Shown here: one piece after another, positions 8,327 through 17,119 of the stretch
How the letters are laid out: each line of letters opens with the position of its first letter
How positions within the stretch are numbered: the first letter of the stretch is position 1
Virus record (IMG/VR): IMGVR_UViG_3300005678_000009
Span: 51,843 to 71,842 of that record
Length of the DNA: 20,000 nt
From: an uncultured virus (IMG/VR IMGVR_UViG_3300005678_000009)
Lineage: Duplodnaviria; Heunggongvirae; Uroviricota; Caudoviricetes
Reading direction: 5' to 3' (one strand)
The notes under the pieces: generated by a model
The model's database searches: none
What the model was told of the DNA's origin: nothing
What the model saw: only the letters and a program-made list of their open reading frames with translations
Position numbers and translations under genes: made by a program

Positions 8327-11300
8327 TTACTCCACTTTACTTACTTGAATATCATTTACGATATCAAGAACAAAAGGTTTCTCCGCTGGATTGACCACAA
8401 TAATATCATTTAATGGGTCATAAGTAGGAGAACTAATAGAAATTGCAATAGTTCCAGGGATGCTGTTTACAGTTGAAATAATATCAGAAATAGCGATTGA
8501 CTCACCGATTCCAGTTGAGTTGATCAATGCTGCAATGTTATTTCTAACTTGCTCTGTGATACGACTAAAAGGTATACCTGTTTGTACACGCACGTTGATG
8601 GAAACAGTAATTCTTCGAACCAATGGTGGTTTGATAAAGATTTCAGCACCAGCAGCTGCAACACCAGGATAAGTTACATTATCTCGTGGGTCACCGTAGA
8701 CAATCTTATTTGACTGAGCAATCAATCCAATGTGATGCTTGTAAGAGTCAAAACCAGAAATTGTAGTTTCAGAGAAACCCAACTTACCTTGAGAAGTCAA
8801 CAATGTACTTGCAGCTTCATTGATTTTTACATACTCTTCGTTAGAATCAAATAATAACAACACTCTGTTTGTGTTTGCCGGGTCAACGGCTTTACTAAAT
8901 ACTTTTTTGTATCCAGAATAAGGAATTCCCTCTTCAACATAGACTTGAACAAATAAGTTATTTAATTGAACAGAAGATTGAGCTGTTAAAATACCACTTA
9001 CAATTGCTTTAGTTTTAGAAAGAACTTCAACAATATTGTGAGTTCCAAGATTACCTGCATTTAATACATTACCAGAGATAACGAATGTGTCACCAGCTCT
9101 TGTGTTTTCATATGGACTGTAAACCATTGACGGAATATGAGCCTCTAATACATTACCACCAATACCACTTACAGTGATGTTAGACTGAGCAACTGCTTTA
9201 GCATTTGCTACTTTAATATAATTAGAACCAACCTCAGTGATCATAAAATCACCCTGATTGTTAGCAGCGAAAGCCGTTCCCACTGTTAAAATATCACCCA
9301 TTTTAGCATTTGAAAGTGTTGGTGTGGTACCAGTACCATCATAAGTGATGACCATATCACCACTTACTGTAACATCAAACTGTGTAGTGTTATCAAAACC
9401 TAATGATCTTAAATTAGAAGCAACTACAACTCGCTCTTCAACTGCAAATTCATTTTCAATATAGATACTATTTTCATATCTACGAATAACTCTGAACATA
9501 CCTTGATTTAGATTGCTAAATGGAGCACCAATTTCTAAAGTATCACCTTCTTTAATTTCTGTAGTGATTGTGATTGCGCCTGCAGCGATAGAAGTTGCGC
9601 CTGCACTCAATCCATCTGGATTATCAACTGCGATCGTTAAACCATCGTCAGAAACACCAACAACAACAAAATTACCGTTGTTTTCAGCATCTGCAAAGCC
9701 AGAGATTGTAGCGATATCACCAGGCTGAACTTCAGAGAAGTTTCTAGAGCCAGAAGTTCTAGTATATTCTGTATACTGTGTGTCAGAATTGAAAGTAACC
9801 GACATGTTTCCACCACCAGCATCGTTAAACTCTACTGATTTTTGGAATACTGGACTTCCACCAGTTACATTATCCCAAGAGATATTAACGAGAGAGCCGT
9901 GTTTTTCAACGTGGAAAGCGCGTGAGCGATCGCGGAACATATTTCTAGGCTGACCGAAATAACGATCAGCAACCTCTCTGTTTGCAAGAGAAATAGAAGA
10001 AACGTTAGCTGTAGGGTCATTTGGCACAATAGTCACTTGAGTAGTGAAACTAATTCCTGTAGATTTTTGTTGTAAGTTAGAAGCTTGTACCTTTAACCAT
10101 TGTCCAACAGCCAAACCTGCAGAAGCAGCTTTTGAAATACTAGATTGCATCAAATCTGTGTTTGGAATCAAACTAGATGTTCCAAGAACTTGGGCTTGAG
10201 ATACATTACCACGTCCACCAGACATTTTAACAGAACCAGAAGAACCTAAAATTTGAGTTGCAAGTTGTAAAATCTCTCCTCTATCAACAACTGAAACCTC
10301 ACCAAGAGTAGTGAAACCAGTCACAGCCAATACTGATAAGAATTCAGATAATTGCTCGATAGTTGTAGGAATAAGTCTTAATTCTTCGCCATTGTTAAAT
10401 GCATAAGCCGCGATAGAATTAGTGTCGTAACTTGGCAAGTCAAGTGTCTTTTTCAGAACAAATTGAGGATTCGGAGCAGAATTTCCCAGTGTAGAAGATG
10501 AAATCCAATTCATACCATCTAGCATATAGATAGCATCTGCATCGGAAGCAAAATCATTGTCTTCCCAAGTTGAATGGTCGATGACACCAGCACCTGTGGT
10601 TCCATTGTCATTAACAATTTCAGCTGTAATCCAATTAATTAAGTTTGCGGTAACGTAATCAACAACTTCTTGAGCTGTTGTATCATCGTTTTCATACATA
10701 CTAATTGTGTTTGTAGTCAGAGTAGCAATGTTATTTTCCGCTAGAGCTGCACCATTTGGTCTACGAACTGTAAATGATGTAGAAGTAGCAAAAGATACTC
10801 TAAAAGTACCTTGATTTGCAGCACTAAACTCACCATTGCCATTAATAGTTACATAATGGCCAGGAGCAAGAGTTGGCATGGTTGGGTTTGTACCATTTCC
10901 ATTCCAAGTATAAGAAACTTCATCCACACCTGCAACAGGAGTGTTAGGGGTAACCGTCACATCCCATTCTGTAGTTCCATCGATCGTATTAACAACTGGA
11001 GCACCAGATTTTAAACCAATTTTAACATTGACATCTTCACCAACCAAAACGGAGTGTGAAATATCTTGATTTGCAGCTGTTGGATATACATATCCTACGC
11101 GATATTTTTCACCACCAACACCCCAGATAGCAGATCTATAAAGAATAGCATCTTCATCTGTCATAGACTGAGGGTCCAAAACATTTTTAGCTTTCATCAT
11201 TGCTTTGTAATTTTTGAAGCTGAAAGATGAGCCAAAGAATTGTGAGAATTGGGTAGTAGCGCCTGCATCTACGTCATAAGCACGAAATTGATTCGCATTA

Positions 11301-14290
11301 ATTGACATGGTTGAATTCGTTACAGCCTTGCGATATAAATTAATTGGGAAAGTCTTCTCAGAGGCATTGCCATCAAGAACCACGATCATGTTGTCGTCAA
11401 AGTCAAAATCAAGTGGACTTAAAACAACATAACGATCGTTTTGTCGAACACGACGGATGGTTTTAGTTTCGTCGATATCGATGGTGATTCCTGTTAAAGC
11501 ATCAATTTGTACTGTTTGATCAACACCCTGATTGTCTTTGATATAAGAACCAGAAGTTAAATAAGGATGTTTCATGCAAATCAACATATTAGGGTCAACA
11601 CCCAATACTGCCAAATCAATTGCAGATTCAAGATCTGGAATCATTGAATTTGGTGGGTCAGCTTGTCTGTTACCAGAAAAATACGAATGAATGAACAATG
11701 GAAATCTAGTAGAATTTTGATCATTTTTAAAGAAACCAAAGTGTGAAAAACTAGATGTAGCGTAGTCACCCAATGTAAAATTTAAATTCTTAGCCGCATC
11801 ATTAAAAGTAAATAGCAAGATACTACCGTCAGTATTTTTATTATTTGAAGTAATCTTGATAATCTCGTCATTTTCCGTAGATGCCGTTGCACCAGGAATT
11901 TGAGATGTTAAATTAGCCGCAACTGTATTGATATTGTAAGAACCAGCTGCAATCTGTACTTTTAATGGAGGAATTGCAGTTCTAAGAAATGCCAAACCTT
12001 CGAAAAATGTTACAGGAGCTTGTACTGAAGCACCAGCAAATTCTGTAGGGGTAACTTTTAATTCAAAGTAATCGTTAGTTAAAGATTGAGTTCCAACCGC
12101 ATTAACACGACCTTCAAGTCTGTTGCCAGGCAATAGATCGTCAGACCAAACAACCACATAATCACCTGGTTGCACGGCTGCAAAGGCACCGGCAAAAGAT
12201 GCTCGATAACGAACAATATTTGTTGTTGGCTTAGTTACATAGAACAAGCTATCGCTTAGTACACCATGGTTGATGATTTCCGCATCTTGATTGTCAACCA
12301 TTACCCACATTTGTGCATCAGCAGGTAATGTAACTGATCCACCAAGGATAGCTGAACTATAAACTGTGGCTTGTGTAAACTCAGAACCTGCAGTTAAACT
12401 ATCGCCAGCTGCCAAAGGATTTGTAAGTTTAATTTGAGCTGTATTTCTAGATAATTTAAAGTCTGCTTCAGCACCATTGGCAGAAAGACCAACTGAATTA
12501 GTAAACATACCCTTAGAAACTAAAGTAGATGACTCGTCAATAATTAATTGAGCGCGTGAGTTTGTACCAAGGTTAGAAACAAGAACCAATCTATTCCCAT
12601 TGATAGAAGCAGTAACACCTGTGATTTTAGCGTTAATCACATTCACCCATGATTGCAATGTGTTTGTTTTTGCAACTGTGGAGTGTGTGCCTTCTGCTAA
12701 GAAATCAGCATTGGTGAAAGTATATGTAATGGATTGAGTTTTATCAACCATCAAAATAAGAGTATCACCCGGTGCAATGGTATTTGACCAATCAGTTTGA
12801 TTGGCAGACTCAATAACCGCTAAACGACCATTTCTACTCAAAGGAATGTTGTTTTTGTATAAACGCAAGGTCTCAACTTCACTTGAAGATAAACCAAGCG
12901 CTTCACCAGCATCAGTCCCAACAGTAGGTGTTGTTTTTTGTAAATATTCAGAAGTTTCAGCCTTAGCCTGAATCGCAACGCGAGTTCCACTATCAACTGT
13001 ACTTGCAGAGTATTTTAAATCAGGATTTGCATTGATAGAAGCTACCACTTCATAAGCAGAAGCAAAACCATTAGCTTTGAAGTCACCTTCAGCAAAAGCG
13101 TGTTCTGAAAGAATACCACCCACAAGAATTGAAAGTCTATCGTTTGGATTGATTTCAAATGGTGCAGATTCTGTAGATGTTAAAGTAGCTTTCGCTACAG
13201 AAGTTTGAGTTCCACTTGTAGCCAATTGGAAATTTCTCTCACCACCAAGAGCAGAGTCAACAATAAATTCTAAACCAATACCCTTGGTTTTTTCTTCATA
13301 TCCACCACCATTATCAATATATAGAGTGGTTTCATCACCATCAGAAAAAATTTCATCAGAAATAACAACTGCATTTTCATCAGACGCTTGGGCACCCAAC
13401 ACAGCATTTTTTACCGCAATGGCAGTTCCAAGGCCGCGAGAAATACGAGCTTTTTTAATTCTATTTCGGATTTCTTGGTCAGTTTCTTCGTTTTTACCTG
13501 TGATAAACCCTACTGGGTTGGTAACTGTAGCGCCTGTGAAAGGAGCTGATACGAATTCACGGATAGCATTTCTAGGTACATTTCCATCAGTTCCAGTTTC
13601 TTGAGCAGCAACTGGCACATCCGTAACAGTGTCTTCACCGTCAAGTAAAGTGGTATTTCTAGTCACTGTGAAATTTACATCTGGAGATGAACCGGAAGAA
13701 AGGGTTTTCACAACCGTTCCAGCTGCGATATTACGAGTTCCACCCTGAGCCAAGATCACCTTTTCTGATAAATTGTGATACTTGGTAGTTGGAGCTGATA
13801 AATTAATGACATAATATCCACCAACAGGTGTAATGCTGCTGTAGGCCAAAGGACCCTCGACATTTGGAGTTCCACGACCAATGTAAATTGAACCCGAAGC
13901 GTCAAACTCGGAAGCATCAGATACTGGAATTTCCATGGAGCCGATATTTGGAGGTTGAGCACCAGCATAAATTTTAGTTACTTTTTTGGTAAAAGAAGAG
14001 TCGCCGATTGTAACCTTACCAGTGGCAACACGAGCGTTGATGGCTGGAAGACCTTCTTCTTCACGAATACGTTGTAAAGCTTCGCCCTCAGCACGATCAA
14101 CTGAAAAATCTCTTAAAATAGCAAAGGTATCGCCTGAAGCACGATATACGGCCTGGGCCATAGCTTCAAAAAATGAAACGACGGTAGAACCGACGTTCAA
14201 ATCATTTACACCGATCTTAGCCATATAAGTGGCTAACATATCACCTAAAATAACTTCATATGCCTGGGGATTTGGCAATCTACTGGCCAT
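8327..14290 (-). CDS. Giant baseplate J / gp6-like wedge protein, 1987 aa
   Basis: Baseplate-J N-terminal motifs (DLNVGSTVVSFFEA; DRAEGEALQR; ATGKVTI; VPVAAQETGTDGNV; TNPVGFITGKNEETDQEIRNRI) and C-terminal motifs (VAAAGAEIFIKPP...ITVSINVRV...INSTGIGESIAISDII) flank about 1500 aa of repeated beta domains. AGGAG RBS. Confidence 0.85.
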   Translation of the reverse strand: MASRLPNPQAYEVILGDMLATYMAKIGVNDLNVGSTVVSFFEAMAQAVYRASGDTFAILRDFSVDRAEGEALQRIREEEGLPAINARVATGKVTIGDSSFTKKVTKIYAGAQPPNIGSMEIPVSDASEFDASGSIYIGRGTPNVEGPLAYSSITPVGGYYVINLSAPTTKYHNLSEKVILAQGGTRNIAAGTVVKTLSSGSSPDVNFTVTRNTTLLDGEDTVTDVPVAAQETGTDGNVPRNAIREFVSAPFTGATVTNPVGFITGKNEETDQEIRNRIKKARISRGLGTAIAVKNAVLGAQASDENAVVISDEIFSDGDETTLYIDNGGGYEEKTKGIGLEFIVDSALGGERNFQLATSGTQTSVAKATLTSTESAPFEINPNDRLSILVGGILSEHAFAEGDFKANGFASAYEVVASINANPDLKYSASTVDSGTRVAIQAKAETSEYLQKTTPTVGTDAGEALGLSSSEVETLRLYKNNIPLSRNGRLAVIESANQTDWSNTIAPGDTLILMVDKTQSITYTFTNADFLAEGTHSTVAKTNTLQSWVNVINAKITGVTASINGNRLVLVSNLGTNSRAQLIIDESSTLVSKGMFTNSVGLSANGAEADFKLSRNTAQIKLTNPLAAGDSLTAGSEFTQATVYSSAILGGSVTLPADAQMWVMVDNQDAEIINHGVLSDSLFYVTKPTTNIVRYRASFAGAFAAVQPGDYVVVWSDDLLPGNRLEGRVNAVGTQSLTNDYFELKVTPTEFAGASVQAPVTFFEGLAFLRTAIPPLKVQIAAGSYNINTVAANLTSQIPGATASTENDEIIKITSNNKNTDGSILLFTFNDAAKNLNFTLGDYATSSFSHFGFFKNDQNSTRFPLFIHSYFSGNRQADPPNSMIPDLESAIDLAVLGVDPNMLICMKHPYLTSGSYIKDNQGVDQTVQIDALTGITIDIDETKTIRRVRQNDRYVVLSPLDFDFDDNMIVVLDGNASEKTFPINLYRKAVTNSTMSINANQFRAYDVDAGATTQFSQFFGSSFSFKNYKAMMKAKNVLDPQSMTDEDAILYRSAIWGVGGEKYRVGYVYPTAANQDISHSVLVGEDVNVKIGLKSGAPVVNTIDGTTEWDVTVTPNTPVAGVDEVSYTWNGNGTNPTMPTLAPGHYVTINGNGEFSAANQGTFRVSFATSTSFTVRRPNGAALAENNIATLTTNTISMYENDDTTAQEVVDYVTANLINWITAEIVNDNGTTGAGVIDHSTWEDNDFASDADAIYMLDGMNWISSSTLGNSAPNPQFVLKKTLDLPSYDTNSIAAYAFNNGEELRLIPTTIEQLSEFLSVLAVTGFTTLGEVSVVDRGEILQLATQILGSSGSVKMSGGRGNVSQAQVLGTSSLIPNTDLMQSSISKAASAGLAVGQWLKVQASNLQQKSTGISFTTQVTIVPNDPTANVSSISLANREVADRYFGQPRNMFRDRSRAFHVEKHGSLVNISWDNVTGGSPVFQKSVEFNDAGGGNMSVTFNSDTQYTEYTRTSGSRNFSEVQPGDIATISGFADAENNGNFVVVGVSDDGLTIAVDNPDGLSAGATSIAAGAITITTEIKEGDTLEIGAPFSNLNQGMFRVIRRYENSIYIENEFAVEERVVVASNLRSLGFDNTTQFDVTVSGDMVITYDGTGTTPTLSNAKMGDILTVGTAFAANNQGDFMITEVGSNYIKVANAKAVAQSNITVSGIGGNVLEAHIPSMVYSPYENTRAGDTFVISGNVLNAGNLGTHNIVEVLSKTKAIVSGILTAQSSVQLNNLFVQVYVEEGIPYSGYKKVFSKAVDPANTNRVLLLFDSNEEYVKINEAASTLLTSQGKLGFSETTISGFDSYKHHIGLIAQSNKIVYGDPRDNVTYPGVAAAGAEIFIKPPLVRRITVSINVRVQTGIPFSRITEQVRNNIAALINSTGIGESIAISDIISTVNSIPGTIAISISSPTYDPLNDIIVVNPAEKPFVLDIVNDIQVSKVE

Positions 14291-14305
14291 TTGTTCTCCT
14301 GATAT

Positions 14306-14318
14306 CCTTAAAGATTGC
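14306..14318 (-). promoter_or_regulatory. RCAATCTTTA motif copy 5 (GCAATCTTTAAGG)
   Basis: In the 53-nt intergenic gap, just upstream of the AGGAG RBS of the baseplate J gene. Confidence 0.65.
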
Positions 14319-14343
14319 TAACATATAGTATAATACCACATTT

Positions 14344-17025
14344 TTAAGCAGCCTTAACGTCAAATGAAATAGGTACGATTCCAGAGCCATTGGCAATCCG
14401 AATAACCATATCAATTTTCATAGTTGGTCCATCCAATCGAATGTTAATACTCTCGATTGCTTCAAACCTATCGTCACTCGCAATCATTGCGTTTAAGGAT
14501 TTGATAATTTCACCGTTTTCGATATCCGCTACCGAGATGCCGTGGGTCAAACCAATGCCATACTCTAGATGCCGAAGTAGTGTTCCTCGTTGTGTTCTAA
14601 TTTTTAACTTTAACGCTTGAATCAAATTTGTCAAACCACTTGCTAATCTGAAGTCACCCACTGAATTCACAGCAATGTCAAAATTGTCAGTCAATAAAAA
14701 GTCAATTTTGGCCAACTTATTCAAGGCTGTACTTGGCATGTTAACAATGTCAAATACACGATCGTCTTCATCTGCAGGTTGATTTGTAGGAATATAAATC
14801 TGATTTTGACTATTCACAGTGCCTGGTAGATAACCTTGCATTCTAGCGTTGTCGTCAGTTTGAAATAAGTCCAAATTAGCCAACCCATCAACAGTAACCA
14901 AGAAGTTACCATCGCCAATTTTCTCCACATTAACAATTTTACGAGTAACTGGTGGAACTGTATCGGACACAATAGTAATTTTTTGACCGATATATAAGTT
15001 ATCTTCTGTATCATTTACGTTAAATTGTCGACCTTCTGCATTCGATAAAAATTCATAGGTAAAACCTGTTTCATCAATATATGGAGATCTCAATTTATTC
15101 AATGTTACAATCTCAAGCCATTTTGAAGAATCACCCATATATCTAGCTGCAATCTCTTCGATTGTGGCTCCAAACGGCACAGGAGCTAATAATTTTGAAC
15201 TGAAATCTTCAAAATCAATTCCAGACTCATTAGCTAAACCACCAACAAATTCCATAGGATTTTGAATAGTTAGATCATCATATTTTTTCGTAGCACAAAG
15301 CAAATCATACATTTGAACAGCTTGAAATAAAGCTTGTAAAACCTCATTCTCTTCCACTGTCATTGGGATAGGACGATCTTTAGGTGTTGGCAATCCATAA
15401 ACATCAGAATAAACGGCACTTCCGGCACCAAAACTATCTGCAATATCATGAGCCAAGTTAACAATTTCCTGTCTGAATCCACGAAAGTCATTTACATTCA
15501 ATAAACGAACACGAAGCAATTCATCATCAATAGCAAGTTGTTGCGCTGGGTTTAAAGTCAAATCATCAACTGAAATTCCATCAAATAAATCAAAGTTTTC
15601 TTCTGGGTTTTTAAATACATCGGTTAATGGGTCTGTTTCAAGTCGTTGTGCTGCCTCAGCGCCTAGAGCACCTGAAGCAATCTCTTCATTTGAAAGACCT
15701 TCATTGACTTTTTGACGATCAAGAACAGAGCTAATTACACTTCCAGCTTTTTGAGACGAAGATGTATTTTTACCACTAATAGGATTTCTTAAAACCAAAG
15801 AATCAGCATTTGAAGACGTACTTCTATCAGCTCCTCTTTGAAAAGCATTTGCAGACGTCACCCATGCAGAATTAATAGCGGAATTGAAATCATCGATTAA
15901 TTGACGTGGTAAATCACCAACGGCAAAAGCCAATCCTGCAGTATCTTTAACAACCAATGAGGTTTGACGAAGAACGTTAAATGGTTTTTGGAAATCAGAT
16001 CGAACTGCTTTCACTAAATTTACAGAGCTAGAAAGAGTTCTTCGAACTTCAGCTATTGTTCCAACAATCCGTTGAAATAAATTAGCTTCCATTTTAGGAA
16101 GTTCACCACCAGCAGGTTGTGATTCAGATTGCAAATCAATTCTTTTCCAAGCCTTTAATTGGAAAGAAAATAACATCTCACTTGGCTTTCTTTCGCTTTG
16201 ATTTAACTCAAAAGCCAAAGGAGTTACGATAAATGATTGATTCTGTTTAGGAATATCAAACACTAAACGCCATCCTTTATTTTTAGGATTGCGTTTCGCT
16301 TCTGCATATCGATCTAAGAATTCACCCAAATACAAAGCTTGATAATAACCAGTTGAAAAAATATTGGCATCTGTTTCCCCTGGCTTTAATACCTTACTAG
16401 CATTATTTGGATGCTGGCCGTTAAACATATTGGCAACTCGATTGATATTGTTAATCAATCCTTGAGCTGCTTCCAAAGTTCCACCAGCAATTGAACCAAG
16501 TGATGTGGGATTTGCAATTTTTCCACCCTGAACTGGTTTTGTAGGCCAAATACCAGTGGTTCCAGAGGCTGTAATGGTTTTGAACTTGACCCCATTGTGC
16601 TCTTCAACCACACCACGCATTGTAGCTGAGGTATTGATAGAAAATTGAGTTGACATTTTCAATTGTTGAGGTGTAATTGGCAACGTACATTCCCAAGAAC
16701 CAGACAAAATAGTTTCGTTTAATACGTAGGTAAGGCCCGTTGCGCCCTTAACTGTAGAGGCTTTACTTTTAGCGCCTTTTTTGTCCCCACCAACGATTTG
16801 TGGTTTTCCAGGCTTTGAAACATCCACAACGATCAATCGATAAGGGTATAGCTTATTCCAACGCTGAGGGTCAATACTCAATGGCTGCCAAAATACAGAA
16901 TCTTGGACAGCTGATGGGTCACCTTCCCATGGCGTTTTGCCATTTTGGGTTTTAGACGTACTTGTAGAGGTGTCCAAACCCAATTGTTTATTGATAAAAT
17001 TGCTAATATCTGAAAATAAATTCAT
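14344..17025 (-). CDS. Baseplate protein fusing a tube-initiator-like N-terminus, a LysM-like domain and a C-terminal gpW/gp25-like domain, 893 aa
   Basis: 'LPITPQQLKMS...TMRGVVEEHNG..KTITASGTTG' (tube-fold hub); 'PFGATIEEIAARYMGDSSKWLEIVTLNKLRSPYI' (LysM/gpX-like); 'GDFRLASGLTNLIQALKLKIRTQRGTLLRHLEYGIG...DDRFEAI' (gp25-like). Confidence 0.72.
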   Translation of the reverse strand: MNLFSDISNFINKQLGLDTSTSTSKTQNGKTPWEGDPSAVQDSVFWQPLSIDPQRWNKLYPYRLIVVDVSKPGKPQIVGGDKKGAKSKASTVKGATGLTYVLNETILSGSWECTLPITPQQLKMSTQFSINTSATMRGVVEEHNGVKFKTITASGTTGIWPTKPVQGGKIANPTSLGSIAGGTLEAAQGLINNINRVANMFNGQHPNNASKVLKPGETDANIFSTGYYQALYLGEFLDRYAEAKRNPKNKGWRLVFDIPKQNQSFIVTPLAFELNQSERKPSEMLFSFQLKAWKRIDLQSESQPAGGELPKMEANLFQRIVGTIAEVRRTLSSSVNLVKAVRSDFQKPFNVLRQTSLVVKDTAGLAFAVGDLPRQLIDDFNSAINSAWVTSANAFQRGADRSTSSNADSLVLRNPISGKNTSSSQKAGSVISSVLDRQKVNEGLSNEEIASGALGAEAAQRLETDPLTDVFKNPEENFDLFDGISVDDLTLNPAQQLAIDDELLRVRLLNVNDFRGFRQEIVNLAHDIADSFGAGSAVYSDVYGLPTPKDRPIPMTVEENEVLQALFQAVQMYDLLCATKKYDDLTIQNPMEFVGGLANESGIDFEDFSSKLLAPVPFGATIEEIAARYMGDSSKWLEIVTLNKLRSPYIDETGFTYEFLSNAEGRQFNVNDTEDNLYIGQKITIVSDTVPPVTRKIVNVEKIGDGNFLVTVDGLANLDLFQTDDNARMQGYLPGTVNSQNQIYIPTNQPADEDDRVFDIVNMPSTALNKLAKIDFLLTDNFDIAVNSVGDFRLASGLTNLIQALKLKIRTQRGTLLRHLEYGIGLTHGISVADIENGEIIKSLNAMIASDDRFEAIESINIRLDGPTMKIDMVIRIANGSGIVPISFDVKAA

Positions 17026-17081
17026 CCGTTTTTAAATTCCCTTTAATGCACATCCAGGAACGTGGATTTTCGTGGTATACT

Positions 17082-17113
17082 ATATAAGATTGCACTTTTC
17101 GCAATCTTTAAGG
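17082..17113. promoter_or_regulatory. Back-to-back divergent motif pair (copies 6 and 7) forming an 8-bp inverted repeat AAGATTGC-N7-GCAATCTT
   Basis: Minus GCAATCTTATAT (17093-17082) points to the ATG at 17025; plus GCAATCTTTAAGG (17101-17113) points to the ATG at 17120. Confidence 0.65.
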
Positions 17114-17119
17114 GTAGAG

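Noticed and set aside
2224..8710. Partial plus-strand matches ACAATCTTTG (~2224) and ACAATCTTATT (~8700)
   Set aside because: Antisense within coding genes and diverge after the core; they show the 7-nt core alone is not specific.
12079..12088. CAATCTTTAA on the minus strand inside the baseplate J gene
   Set aside because: No start codon nearby and preceded by T rather than a purine; encodes Q-S-L and is probably chance. Recorded as a counter-example to the motif.
6279..17025. Bacterial eCIS/tailocin locus instead of a phage
   Set aside because: Homing endonucleases, phoH, small orphan ORFs and decoration-like proteins favour a large phage; no capsid or terminase gene is in the window, so this is not formally excluded.
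17072..17119. GTG-start N-terminal extension of the HNH ORF
   Set aside because: It overlaps the regulatory inverted motif pair; the zinc finger begins right after ATG 17120, which has a purine-rich leader.
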